This document shows, one piece after another, positions 1 to 14,559 of a stretch of DNA of 64,000 nt. A program made the translations under genes and the position numbers. How positions within the stretch are numbered: the first letter of the stretch is position 1; the number at the start of each line of letters is the position of its first letter. Under the pieces are notes generated by a model. It did not search any database and was not told the DNA's origin. It worked only from the letters and a program-made list of their open reading frames with translations. Source of the DNA: the human T2T-CHM13v2.0 reference genome, Homo sapiens; assembly GCF_009914755.1 (NCBI RefSeq), contig NC_060935.1, one strand, 5' to 3'.

Positions 1-281
1 CAATAAACATATGTGTGCATGTGTCTTTATAGCAGCATGATTTATAGTCCTTTGGGTATATACCCAGTAATGGGATGGCTGGGTCAAATGGTATTTCTAG
101 TTCTAGATCCCTGAGGAATCGCCACACTGACTTCCACAATGGTTGAACTAGTTTACAGTCCCACCAACAGTGTCAAAGTGTTCCTATTTCTCCACATCCT
201 CTCCAGCACCTGTTGTTTCCTGACTTTTTAATGATTGACATTCTAACAGGTGTGAGATGGTATCTCATTGTGGTTTTGATT
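1..281 (-). mobile_element. Young L1PA fragment (ORF2 3' region), 5'-truncated at ~281 and running off the window start
   Basis: Reverse complement of the L1 ORF2 C-terminal region; GGACTATAAA/CTCAGGGATCT young-subfamily variants; near-identical to 16561-16841. Confidence 0.95.
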
Positions 282-924
282 GTTAGCTAATGGTAGAGTC
301 AAGGTGAGAACAGCCAGGTGCTGCCTGGTATTCTTCCAAGCTGGTTTGTGTAATCACACTTAAAGGTGTAGTGAGATATGAAACTATTTTCTGTCAGATA
401 ACTCTTACCCATTTGGGAAGCTTTTCTAATGAAAAGTTCAATGTACATTCTCCAAAGTACTTGGCACACTTCCTGGGAAATGGTATTTAGTGCTACCTGG
501 GCTTTTAAAACACACACAGAATGAAGTGTTTCTCTCTGTGTAGCTTTGGATTAAAAAAATGAACTGGCCATTGCCTGATGAAGTATGAGGCCCTGAGATA
601 TCCACGAGGGCAGACTAATATCCAGAAATTTTTTTTTTTTATGAGTGACTACCTCTATTACCTAAGGAATATGTCTTTCAAAACACTGCCAACAGACACC
701 CATTGATTTCTTCTCAGTCATGAGCACTTGAGTGGCAGGAAGAACCACAATAAAACAGCCAGCCAACAAATACCTTGCGAGTGCCACCAAGGTGATATCA
801 TGTGTTACTTCACAGTGAAGGGAAGAAAAAGTAGTGAAGTGTCTGCCTATAAATTTTAAATTGTGCGATCTGGTATCACTGACTTTTGTATGAGAATTCA
901 TAGTGTATAAAATTATACAAGGTA

Positions 925-1090
925 GCAATCCTATGAAGTAAGTTAATGAAATTTTATGAGTGGATGCTCATTTCACCAATAAAGGATTTGAAGTTCAACC
1001 AGGCTAAGTGACCAGTCCAAGTTCAAATAAATATTAAGTTATGTAATATGTAAACTCACATCCTTTTGACACCTGTGCTCTTTCAATGAA
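925..1090 (-). mobile_element. MIR fragment (approximate bounds)
   Basis: Degenerate antisense MIR core (catttcaccaataaaggatttgaagttc...ggctaagtgacc). Confidence 0.55.
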
Positions 1091-1315
1091 ACCATGTTAT
1101 ATTGTGTTTCATACGATTTCATTGATTTATGTAAGCAGCAAGCTATGGTTCTAAATTGGTTCTGGCCACCCTATGAATCAGCCCTAGTGAAAGATGGATG
1201 AGTGCAGCTCACTTGAACACGTGCAGTGGGCACTATGCCCACAAGAAGTAGGCGGTGCCAGAACCAAGCATTCAAGAGTAATTGAAGCAAAGCTTTTAAA
1301 ATTTTTTAAAAATTA

Positions 1316-1677
1316 TTTTTAAGACTTTTTGTGGGTACAGAGTAGGTATATATATTTATGGTGTCATGAGATGTTTTGATACACGCATGCAATATAAAAT
1401 AAGCACATCCAGGAAAATGGGGTATCCATTCCATCAAACATTTATCCTTTGAGTTACAAACAATCCAATTGCATTTTTAAGTTATTTAAAAATATACAAT
1501 TAAGTTATTCTTGACTATAGTCAACCTGTTGTGCTATCAAATAGTAGGTCTTATTCACTCTTTCTATTTTGTTTTTGTACCCATTAATCATTTGTGCCTC
1601 CCCTTCCCAGTGCCCCCACTTCCCTTCCCAGCCTCTGGTAACCATTTTTCTACTCTCTATGTACATAAGTTCAATTG
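1316..1677 (-). mobile_element. L1MA (L1MA1-3-like) 3' end
   Basis: tttttgtgggtaca...gactatagtcaacctgttgtgctatcaaatagtagg, the typical antisense L1MA 3' UTR. Confidence 0.85.
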
Positions 1678-1974
1678 AAAGAGGCAAAAAAACAGCCCTA
1701 TCTTTAGGGGAAAATGAATTGAAGTAATAGCATTGAAACCAAGCTCAGCTCAGCTCAGCAAATTGTCTTTGTGCCTTTATGATGAGCCAGCACTGTTGAC
1801 CGGTAACACAAATTCTTTTTTCTGTACCATGTGCTATGATACTAATGGTCTTGGTAGATCTCTATGATCTCTACAATTTTCTTTCCTTAAGTAGTCTAAA
1901 TTTCTATTAAGAAATAGAGGTTGAGTTACTAGCAACAATTGTGAAAAGAAAAGGGAAGATACCTGTAGTGTTGT

Positions 1975-2080
1975 ATTTGTGATTATGTGTTTGTGTGTGT
2001 ATTTGACACATGCACAAACGTATATATGTATGTTTGTGTATATGTATGTGTGCATATGATAATGGATAGATATATTTGTG
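1975..2080. repeat. Degenerate (TG)/(TA) low-complexity repeat
   Basis: tgtgtttgtgtgtgt...tatatatgtatgtttgtgtatatgtatgtgtg. Confidence 0.7.
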
Positions 2081-4159
2081 ACTATGTAGCAAATATCTCC
2101 AGAATACCTGACTTACTGATGTTGGGCACACTGTCTTTTCCGAACTAGAATAAAAAATATAAGCCTTAAAGATTGAAGTCTTTCCATACTTTTCAAACGT
2201 GATGTACTTTATAAGAAGTGGGAGGCTACATGAATAAGTGTTACCTAATCTCTAACCACTAGGGATTCACTTCTAGTCCATGAGCAAGATGCATGCTCAA
2301 ATAATTTTAATAACTATCTGGTAGGCTGTGATAAGTGCTATAATAAGATTAAAATTGTTAAGGGATCACAGAAAAAGGAGCATTGGATTTGGATTTGGGT
2401 TGTAAAAACCATTTCTCAGTAGAAATGACATTTCCCTGAACCCCTAATAATGAGCAGGGAGTTGACATGAGAAGATAAATAGCTTTGACAGTTTACAACT
2501 ATTTTTGCACCCAGAAGCAAGATAAGTCTTCCCTGATAATAGTATGGGGCAAGTCTGCCCTCATAAAGATTTCGGAGTGCTTCAAAATACACAGAATTGT
2601 CAGGTGTGAGAGTGAGGCCTGGGGCCTGAATTTGTATTGTTCACTTCACCATCAGGATTCTGACCAATATATGATGCTCCTAATGTGCAATGCAGAGATC
2701 CGTAAACCAGCTTGATTCAAGCCATGCATGGAGAATGAAGTAGTACCCTCCCTCTTCTTGTGCTTTTAAAGCTATAAAATGAAAAAGAAGTTATTTGTTT
2801 CTTTCTAATATTCCCGTAAAGACAAGATTATTTGTGGACATTTGTTCTCTGTGGACCAAGTCAGGAACATGAGCAAGGAAAGCCTAAATATTTCCTCTAA
2901 AATAGTAATTGACAAATGCAGAAAAATAACACATATGCTTAGCTTCCAATATTTGTCATCTATTGCATTAGATTACAGAACTCTTACATGTAGCAACACA
3001 ACATGCTATCTTAAAGTCTGATCTTAACTGTGTTACAAAGAGAGTACCTATCGACTTTGTCCACAAGATCTTAGACTCAGTGAAATATGGCAAATAGATC
3101 ATAAAAAATTTGAAATGAAACAGCTAATGAATAATGAATGTTCTGTTGCTATCTTTGGGTAAGCGTCTGCAAACATATGTTTTTTTCAGGACTTTAGAGG
3201 ATGTTGATTTTATGCAAACTAGAAATTCTCTACCATCTGTAATAGGAAACGAGTTCTCTGTGCTATAGCTAATAATAGATAGAGCACTGAGTGAATTTAG
3301 GAAACTATTCAAACAGTATGTAATGATTCCTTCACATTGTTCTTCAGCATTGCTTTCTTGCTCTTTGACGATTTGGGCTGGCTGGAATGCTGACATGCAG
3401 AGGCTCTTTTAATGTTAATGTTTGGTCAATGTAGGGCCTTGATATATTGTTCAATTTTGCGAGAGCTTTGAGTCTATGTCTCCTTCTGTTCATTTACTTC
3501 TTCTTCGTATTAGGACATTGGCTATCAAAGGTTTCTGTGCAGCAGTTCTTGATTCTCTTAGTGGATTTGATCCTAGAGAGAGAATAATGTATGCATTCAA
3601 TGTAGAGTCATAAGGTAATTATATTTTTTACACATCGTACATTTTCCCAAAAAAGACCCCTATTTGCAGCAATAAAGATCACCAAATAGACTCTCTCACC
3701 ATGCTAGGTTAAATGGTTCAGACTCTGCTCAGGGGAGCTTGATGTCAGAATTCGCTGGATTAGGCCAGAACGCTCTGACGTAAGGAGTGCGAGTCAGCTT
3801 CCTCCTGCTGGGCACCTACTTCACTGGCATGAGGAATTCCTGCTATCCCTACAGATCTTTATTTGCAAGTATTATATGCAGATATATTTTACCTTCTTTT
3901 CCCAAACCTCCATTGCAACAGAAAGTCTACTCTTACTTTGCTGTTCATTTTTATCTTCAATGTCTTCTCCTCTGATTGTAGATTTTCTATTTCTAAATTA
4001 TTTGTTTCTTCTTTTGTCTCTTCCATTCTTCACTCACTCCCTCCATTTTCTCTTTTTCCCACCCTTTTTTTCTTTCACTGTAATTTTTTGATCATTATAA
4101 AAAATGTATCCATTAGCCTATGCATTATTGCTATCAGAATGGGAAACAATGTAACTTGA

Positions 4160-4440
4160 TAGTTAATGGAACTAGCTTTGGAATCAAGGTAATTTGAGGT
4201 CAAATCCAGACTTTCTTCCCTTAATCATTCTGTGAAACGATCAAATTTTTAATTCTCCTGAAATGCAAATTTATTCATCTATGAAAATATCTATGAAATA
4301 CCATTGCTATAATGTAGATATATTGAGTAATAGCATCTATATAATAGCAATCCCATGAAGATTACATAAATTAATGTATGCAATGTATTTAGAAGACTGT
4401 CTGGCCCCTAATAATCAATTCAGTTAGTGGTCAAGATGCT
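4160..4440 (+). mobile_element. MIR (approximate bounds)
   Basis: gctttggaatcaag...tcaaatccagac...ttcatctatgaaaat...gaagattacataaattaatgtatgcaa. Confidence 0.7.
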
Positions 4441-5963
4441 GTAGGCTGCTTCATGGTTGGTGGTGGTGGCAGAGATCAATTTTTATGCTTTATCAAGTAT
4501 ATCATCGCAGTTTCTTTGAAAGTACATTGCAGATTTCACGTAATCAGTGTTGAGATGCCACTGTGAATGAAAAGGCAATTTTGTGCAAAGCTCTGGTTTT
4601 CAGTAATCAGTTAGGATTAATTCTTACTTGTGGACAAGCTGAAGCATTCTTAGCAGCTCCTGCCAACTTCTCTGTAATACAGACATTTTCAACTAGACAC
4701 CACTGAACTAATAATGAAGATGTCGTCTCCCTTATAAGTTATTCCCACGATATTCACAACTGTTTTAGTCTGAACATTTTGATGAATAGACCTATTTGTT
4801 TTAAAATTGTTTCTTAAAATCCCTCCATCCTCAAAAAAATTCAGATTAGTATTGCAATACCATGTTAAAATAAGATTAAGAAACCTCCCTGTAAATTACC
4901 AAAAGTAAAGCTCATGAAGAATTACAGAAGTTTTAAAAGAAAAAAAAAAGAAAAAGAAAAAAGGGCTATTGCATTAGGAAAATTAAGCAGATGCACTATG
5001 AACATTAATTACAGCTAACTGAGGTTTTGTTTACTGAGGTTAGCAGATTCTAACTCACTGAGTTTCCTTAGAAAATGGCCTGAGTTATCCTTGCACCATA
5101 AGTTATAAAGCAGCAGATATTGTTTCTCTCTACAAATGGAACCACATTAAATTAAACATAGCTTTTCTTATTACTCTTTTGGAAAGCAAAGGAGGAAGTT
5201 ACCTAGAGTCCATCAGGATGCCTCAGACCACTAAGGCTTCTCATTTTCTCATAATCATGTGCCATCCTCTGGAGATATTAGCTTTGCTTTTGCAAGCTCA
5301 TGGTGTGGCTTAATACATATGGCACCATGACATGGTCAGTTGAGGAGGGAAAGGAAGGAAGAAACCTATGTTCTAATAACTATTCTCCCATTATCCAGTT
5401 GTATGGTTCTCCACAGTCACTTTGGCTCTCTGTGTTTCCACTTAGTCATCTAAAAAGTTGTTTATATCAATAATTTTTAAACTTTTAACAATTATAACTC
5501 CCTTTAAGAATAACATGTTGTCTATAATTTTAATTGGCATAAACATGAAATTTTCACAAAATACAGCTATATATCATTTTAACAATTCTGTGCCACCCTA
5601 AATCCCTTACAGTTGCATGAATTCTAGGCTAAGGACCCTTATCTAGGTGGCCACATGATACCTTCATAATTCTGTGATCCTTGGGCATTTAAATTCTTTC
5701 TCAAATAGCTTATACTTATAGGGTTTATTGGGAAGCAGGGGTTATGTATATTTTACACATTCTCTAGCTCTGAATTTGCTGTAAGATTTGACCAAGTTAC
5801 ACAGTTTCTGTGGGCCATGTTTATAGGGTAGTGTCGTGATAAAATCTTAGACTTTGGAATCCAAAAGATCTCAATGCAAATCATGGTTACATCATATATT
5901 CACACTCTAACTTTCAGGGAGAGTATTCTGTGGGCATGCTTTTATTGCATATAATCCTGTATA

Positions 5964-6208
5964 ATAGGCCATGATCTTTTTTTTATTATTATTATACTTT
6001 AAGTTTTAGGGTAGTGTGGCGATTCCTCAGGGATCTAGAACTAGAAATACCATTTGACCCAGCCATCCCATTACTGGGTATATACCCAAAGGACTATAAA
6101 TCATGCTGCTATAAAGACACATGCACACGTATGTTTATTGCGGCATTATTCACAATAGCAAAGACTTGGAACCAACCCAAATGTCCAACAATGATAGGCC
6201 ATGATCTT
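5964..6208 (-). mobile_element. Young L1PA insertion with 5' inversion (twin priming) and 15-bp TSD
   Basis: TSD ATAGGCCATGATCTT at 5964-5978 and 6194-6208; antisense L1 3' terminus at 5979-6013 joined to a sense ORF2 segment at 6013-6197. Confidence 0.93.
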
Positions 6209-6269
6209 AAGACTCTGAAAATTTACCTTTAATAATCATTTGCTCAATATTTGCCTCAATCCTTTGTAA

Positions 6270-6370
6270 TGTATATGCCCATATACATGTGTACATACAT
6301 ACATATAAGTTCATATACACGTATACATGTATCTATATTATATATAATATGTGTGTATATGCATATGTGG
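6270..6370. repeat. (TA/CA/TG) low-complexity repeat
   Basis: atatacatgtgtacatacatacatat...tatattatatataatatgtgtg. Confidence 0.7.
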
Positions 6371-8639
6371 AGTTTGTAGCTAATTGATGTTTCAATTTAA
6401 ATGTATTTATTACAATTGTAAACATTTTGATTTTGTGTTTTTATTTTACGGCTTAGAGATCATTGCTCTTAGATCTTAAACACTTTTTGTATTCTGCACA
6501 ATTTCATACATACTTAATGTATGAAATTATATTACTTAATGAATATAATGGCCACTATGTGAGTCCTAGTTTTCTCATCTGTTAACTTGATGATCTTAGG
6601 TAAATTCCTCTATTTCTCTGAGCTTTAATTTTCTCAATGGGCTGCTAAATAACTTAGGTCAATTAGTGGTTAAAATAAAGCTGGATGTAATTATCTAATT
6701 CTCAATTCCTTTTTTCAAAATTGAAATTAGCTCATTAAACTTGAAAAGGTTAAGGAATACCAAAGAAGGAAAAGAGGTATGAATAAAGTCTCTGTAGTTA
6801 CTTGATTTACAATTTAGTGACATTACCTCTTGGTATGCTAATATGTCAACTTACCTTTGTGTTAACAAATTAATTCATTTATACACTTAAAATTAACTTA
6901 TAAAACCTGTGCTTACCTCATACATCTTAAGGTTTTTTATTTTTATTTTTAGGTAGAGGGGCAAAGAAGGAAGAGATGCGTAAGAGGGATCAGACATTGA
7001 TGTTATCTTTTATGAGGTGTGTAAAACAATAGGGCTAAAGGTAAATTAGGCTCCTAATTAGTTGTAAGTAAAAAGTTATCACTTGTCAGTTATGTTTTTA
7101 AAATTATGCTAAAATGCCCTTAATGAAGAAACAAACTAAAGAAATAACAGAGGCAAATCAAAATGCAAGAATATTCTTCAAAAACTTATGCAAATTTATT
7201 GTTCCTTCTATCTTCTAAATATGATTTTTCTTGATTGCCTTTTACTGTAAATCATTACTTATGGATGGTAATCATATTTGTAGTGTAATGTGAAGAAACA
7301 TTTTTTCATGAGTTTGAATTAGAAATAGCAGAATATATAAAGACAATAGAGTAGACCAAACTGTTTTCTCCCACATAAGTGCCTAGTAATGAAATTTTAT
7401 ACTGGAGAACTTAACCTTACGATGAAACCAGTAACAACATGATTGCGTTCTTTGAGTTCAATTATAACAAAAGTACTAACAACTAGTGAACTATCACTTA
7501 TTATAGTTTTGGATATATATACTATTATCAAAATCAAATTTATATAACCTTGATGTCCATAGAAACATAGCCATGAAGAATAACATTTTAGATGCATAAA
7601 TACAGACTGTGTAGTAAAACAATTTTGCAGGAAGAGTCCTTGTCTATTTACATATAATGGAGAGAAATAACACCAGAGGAAATGTATGATTTATGATAGA
7701 GATCTGAGCATACTTAAATTTAATTTTATTTTGAATATTTGCTTGATTAGCCAGCTAACCATGTCTTTTATTTTGGTTAGTAAAGTAAATGGTTTAAATA
7801 GTAAACATTATATATCCTTGAGTTTACATGTCAGCACTGCATACGAATTCTTTCCAGCATAGGTTTTCAAAGAAGAAATTTTGGTCCAAAGAGACTTTTT
7901 TCTTGTCTATGTCATGCGGTTTTTTCACAGTTTCCTTTTTAATAAAGACTCACAAAAACCCATATAATTTTATTACATATTTCTCCTCTTACAACAAAGA
8001 TAGTTTCTTTCTGAGTACATACAATGGTATTGAAGTTTGGAATTCTAATTTTAAGTATTATCCAGGACTGTGTTTCTTTATTTGAAGTTATATTATAGAT
8101 GCATTAATATTGTGAGTGATTAAACAAGGAATGAAAGGTTGCCACTTTCACCAATCATGTGAAGTTATTAATGACACAGCGTTAAACACAGGAAGATTAG
8201 AAAACTACAGAAACTGAGGATTCATAGTCCTCATTCAGTACCTTCTTTTACTTCTCACCTTGATTTCATAAGAGTCTTCTAACTGCTCTCCCTGTCTTCA
8301 CTTCATAGTTGTAATTAATTTTGCATTCTGCCACCAGAGGTTCTTAAACATTGAGCTATTCATCATGCCCTTCTGCTTAAGCCCCTTTAATTCTTCCTCT
8401 TACACACTTGGATAAAACCCATATGACCTAACAAGGTATAAAACAAATAAACCTTTATTACCTATCTAGTCTCTTTGTACTTCCCCCAGCATCGCTTTTC
8501 TCCCTTCTTGTCTTGCATCTATGCTCTATTTATAAAAACCCTAAACATAAACTAGCAGCAGAATAATGGCAGTAATGAAGATCACTCTTGTTGATTGATT
8601 ATTAACAATGTGACCAATCACTGCATTTGAAGTTTCATC

Positions 8640-9700
<1,061 letters not shown>

Positions 9701-9719
9701 TACTTTTCTGAAGTAAATG

Positions 9720-9910
9720 CATAACTTATCTCATTTAAGCCTCACAACTATGCCAGGGTAAATATTATGAATCTCACTTTTCAGATCAGTACATTGAAAC
9801 TTAGATAAGTTGTATCAATTTGCTTAGTCCCATGGCAGTATATGGCATAGCCAGGCCACAGAAACCAGGTTCTTTAATTCTAAATTACGTCCTCTTTCTA
9901 CTATACTGTT
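9720..9910 (-). mobile_element. MIR
   Basis: atctcatttaagcctcacaac...cacttttcagatcagtacattgaaacttag. Confidence 0.75.
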
Positions 9911-11989
9911 CTCTTTCCATATTCTGCAATGCTGTGCTTTTTACATATTATAACTTTTCATTTGCTTTTCTCTCAATTTGAAATACGCTTCCATTGTTTC
10001 AAACCCCTGGATGCCTTCTTCAATGACTGCCCCTTTATGCTTCCGTTCTTTACTAATATCTGTCCTTTGTGCTTTCATAGCACATTTTGTTTTCCTGTTG
10101 TTTTATTCTTTCTCTACTAGACTATGCACTCTTAAATACAAGGAATAGGGCTTTTATTTGCATAGTTCCAATGCCTAGCAAAATGACAAGAATATGGTAG
10201 GTGAGCACCAAAATTTAAATTAAGTGAATGCTTGTGATAACCATTTAAGTCAAGCCCTCAAACATCCCCTAAATCCTTTGTACAACATTTCTGGCCAATG
10301 ATCACTGAAGGCATCCACCGTTACATTACTGGTAATACCTTACTGATCACCTCCTAAATGCCAGGCACAGATATAAATACTTACTAATTTGCCATATTTA
10401 ATACTCGTACAATCTCTAAAAATAGATATATTATAGCTGAGGAAAAACTGAGTAACTTACTTAAGGTAACATACTCCAGAATTCAACATTAAAGGCATTC
10501 TGAATCCAGAGATAGTCGATGTAGATTGTAATATATCCATTCCCATTACTGTTACCTTTGTTTGGCCCTTTATAACTATCCATTGTTGGACGGAAAATTA
10601 CACCTTGACTTTCCTGACCCTAGCTTGACAAATTGGATATTTTCTCCAAGTCAAGCCAACCTAATACAAGCAAGTGGTTCTTCCTGACTCCTGTTATTTC
10701 TGCTCTTTCCAATTCCTTCCCGATATGAAATGTATAGCCTGCTTTTAGTACGCAATGTAATAAATTTGTCAACTTCTGCTTAAATAAGGAGTCCTTCAAC
10801 AAGTTCTGACAACTTCAAATTTCTTTCTTTCATACTTACATTTAAACACATAAAATTTAGTAAAATATTTTAAAAACCAGTTGCAGAATCTTACTTGTCA
10901 GCATAAATCCAAAGATAGATTTCATCTATGTAAGAGTTTTGCTAAGTTGGTCCTGCTCCCAGCTGTGAAATCCCATAGTCAGAGAAGTCAGTAATGTCCT
11001 AAGCCTAGAGGCAGTCTGTTCTGCCAAAATGTAGTCCAGTTTTGGAGGTGGAATCATTGAGTTTTCAATTGCGTGTAACCCATATGCTGTTTCTCCTGGC
11101 TTTAGAGTTCTTGATTAGACTGAGGAACCAAGAAGAGCTCTGTCTGAAGGACAGTGTCTTTAAATAGAAGAGAGGCTTCTATTCTAGTCTCAAAAACATA
11201 AATATTTCATCTATTTGCATATGGGATTAAATAATTGTAGATTTAAGTTCATGTAATCAAATTCCCTTTCTCACCAACCTTACAAATGACTTCCTCAGAA
11301 ATGCTTCAGAAAGAGGAAAATAATTTTTAGTAAGATAAGTAACTTGCCCAAGTCACAAAGCTACATTTCAAATGTAGATCTAAATGATTCCAGAGCCTAA
11401 ATTCAGAACTATTTAGATCTTACCTTGTGCATGCCCACTTTCAACATCTTAGGACTGCTAAATTTCTTCTTTTTGTTTCAGGTTAAGCATTCTCAAATTC
11501 CATAAGCTTTCCTTATATAATGTGCCCAAACTTTGTACTCACCAGGGGTCCCCAATCCTGGTTAGTAAGAAAGTATTTTAAAGAAGGAAAGCTCTTTGAT
11601 CAAAGCATAAGAAATTTTTGACAGAGATAATCAAATCTATAATAATTTGAGAAGTTCAATATCATTTAAATTCCAGCATATAAATGTCCATATTAGAGAC
11701 TTTTAAAATATTCTTTGCATTTAATAATCTACCCCCAATAAAATCATACGGCAAACAATTTAAACTTGAATGAAATGAAAAACCTACCTTAGACATCTCT
11801 CTTATAATTTATCATAGAGGATAATAGATCATTTGGTCCAGCCTCTTGCATTTAAGAGAAAGTTGTAACGTATTCATTTGAAAACATAGCATTTAGTACC
11901 TATTAATTTGTGAAGACCTCTGCTATTTGATTTATTTTGAATTATACCTCTTCAACACCCTGAACTCCAATAATACTTTGGTTTCAAAA

Positions 11990-12360
11990 GGATCTACAAC
12001 TCACTATTGATCTTGCCTACCCTTCAATGTTCATTATCCTCCTTAAGCCTTCACTCCGACATTATTCAGCTTATATTTCCAGTTCAGCTTTATAATCACT
12101 TACTGGGATATCTCTATATTCGCTTGTACATTGTACCTGCCACCATACTTGACTGGAGCAACTCCAGCTTTGGCTAATTCTACCTGTCTGCCTAATTTAC
12201 ACCTGTGCCTGGGCCACTCAACAGGGCTGGATCAAACACAAAACACTACTGACCGGCTTTACTTAAATTTATTATCACAAACCTTATATAGCTTCAATTT
12301 ACTTCTGGCCAATACCACAACTACATTTTATTCATCAATTTACTCTCTCACTCTCCAAAA
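11990..12360 (+). mobile_element. L2 internal fragment (approximate bounds)
   Basis: ggctggatcaaacacaaaacactactgaccggctttacttaaattt... resembles the L2 ORF2 region. Confidence 0.6.
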
Positions 12361-12959
12361 TAATAATAATAAGTTGTTTAAATGTTCAAAGATGGGGTCT
12401 CAGCAGATTTCCTTTGAAACTCATCCTAGCTTTATAATTTAAAAAGCACTATTAAAAATTTGCCATTAATCTTTTAAGACTTAGTTCAATGTTATTCTCC
12501 AGGCCATCTAGCTAGTCCTTTTTCCATGCTTTACGAATCCTCATTTTTTGCACTCATCTCAATGCATGCTATATTGTATTGCTTTTAAAAGTTTTTCTGT
12601 TTATTTATCTTCCCCCCTCACCCTGCTCTCTCTTTTAAATGGCATTCCCTCATTAGGTAATTAGATTCCTAAGGATAAGAGTTTCAAGGACTGTGCTGTG
12701 TTTTGTTTGTTTTTATATCCCAGGGTTTTTCAAGAAGACTGGTACTATATCCCATATTGTACTGCGGTTATCTGTCCGGTTTTAATACCTTCCTCTCACC
12801 CCAACTGCAATCTTTTCCTCCACAGTGAGACCTGTGAGAGCAAGGGTTGTGTAGCATGTAGTTGATTCCACTGCTAGAATTATGCCTGGTACATTATAAA
12901 TAGTAAGCAAGTGTTTGTAGAAAGCATAGCAAAGCAAGAAAAACGTAAGTTCTTCAAGT

Positions 12960-13340
12960 TCTTCCACTTAACATGTTTTTGTTGAGCATATATTCTGTGC
13001 TTGTCATGAGAAGAATTTTTGGGATAGTGCAGTGAACAAGAACACAAAAAAATTCCTATAAAGGAAATGTAAAGATGGACACTAAGAAAAGTAAATGAGC
13101 CCTAAAATGTGTTAGAGCGAGATAGGCTAAATTGAATATTAGATAAGATTCTCTGGGTGAGCCTTACTGAGAAGAGGACTTTAGAGCAATGATCTGAAAG
13201 AGGTGAAGGTGCTCCCTAGGTGGCTCTCTGGGGGGAAAGCATTCTGAGCAGTGGGAATAGTGTGGCATCCTTCATAAAAATGGAAGCCTTTGGAGGGTTT
13301 TGAACAGAAGAGTGAGGTTCTCTGATTTATGTTAAAATAC
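12960..13340 (-). mobile_element. L2 3' fragment
   Basis: ttaacatgtttttgttgagcatatattctgtgc...gcagtgaacaag...gcattctgagcagtgggaatag. Confidence 0.7.
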
Positions 13341-14234
13341 ATAAGTGAAAATACAGGAGAATATAATCAGTGGTAAAATGTCCTGCAATAGATTATTAAA
13401 CACTCATCTCTGTTGGTTCTGTACTTTAGTAGTAAGTGACCCATGCAAAGTAAAAGTTGCCCTTGTTGCAGATAATATATTTAGTAGATGGATAAATGAG
13501 CTAGTGAACTTGAATGACAGGTTGCCAAGGGGATAACCTATCAGGATTCATTACAAAAGAAAGAGGCTTGTCTTTATGTGGTAATCAGGAGCAACAAATC
13601 TAGTTATTAGCATTGGCAGCCTCTTATTTCTGAGTGTTTTTTTAGGAAGCCAGAGCTCCCAAACAGGATTCTTCTGTGCACTTTATCTAATGTTCTTGAA
13701 TAACAAGATCAGTGCATATCCGGTTTGCTAAATATATCCACTAGCTCTTTCCTTGATGTAAATAACTTACACATTTTAATAAAAGTGTGTTAGCTCTTTG
13801 TTATGACTTTATTTAAAGCACAATCCTCTGGAATTATTAATTACCATTACTTTGGCATCTTACATTTTTCTTAGCCTAGATACTGTTTGGAAAACATGCT
13901 AAAAATAGTTAAACTTGAAATAGAAATATGTTCAATCCAAGAATCTTAGAAGACAATATGAGCTCCAGGCACTCACTTTATGTCCTTCCACCTGCCTTTT
14001 AAAATGTTGTTATCAACCATATTTCCGGCTCTTTAGGGGGAGAAAATAGCTCACATATAAGAAATGTAGGTGCTTTTAGTTTTAGTATAAGTAAAAATTA
14101 CCCTTCAGTTAGAGCATTAAGAACAAATAAGATTTAGTATTTTTGTTTTAAAAATGACAGTCTGTTTAAAATATATGTACTTCGTTTTTGTTGACATAAT
14201 TATGATTAATGTGATATGAAAGTCTTCAGATGAC

Positions 14235-14559
14235 TTTTTTTTTTTTGGAGGTGATGCACGTGTTTATTACCTTGATTTTTTTTTCCTTTTTTTTATTATA
14301 CTTTAAGTTTTAGGGTACATGTGCACATTGTGCAGGTTAGTTACATATGTATACATGTGCCATGCTGGTGCGCTGCACCCACTAACTTGTCATCTAGCAT
14401 TAGGTATATCTCCCAGTTCTATCCCTCCCCCCTCTCCCCACCCCACCACGGTCCCCAGAGTGTGATATTCCCCTTCCTGTGTCCATGTGATCTCATTGTT
14501 CAATTCCCACCTATGAGTGAGAATATGCGGTGTTTGGTTTTTTGTTCTTGCGATAGTTT
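14235..14559 (-). mobile_element. L1PA2-like 3' end (14276-14559) with probable 3' transduction and second poly(A)
   Basis: Antisense L1 3' UTR (ACAATGTGCAC, GCTAGATGAC, GGAATATCAC); two T tracts flank a 29-nt unique segment containing TTTATT. Confidence 0.9.
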
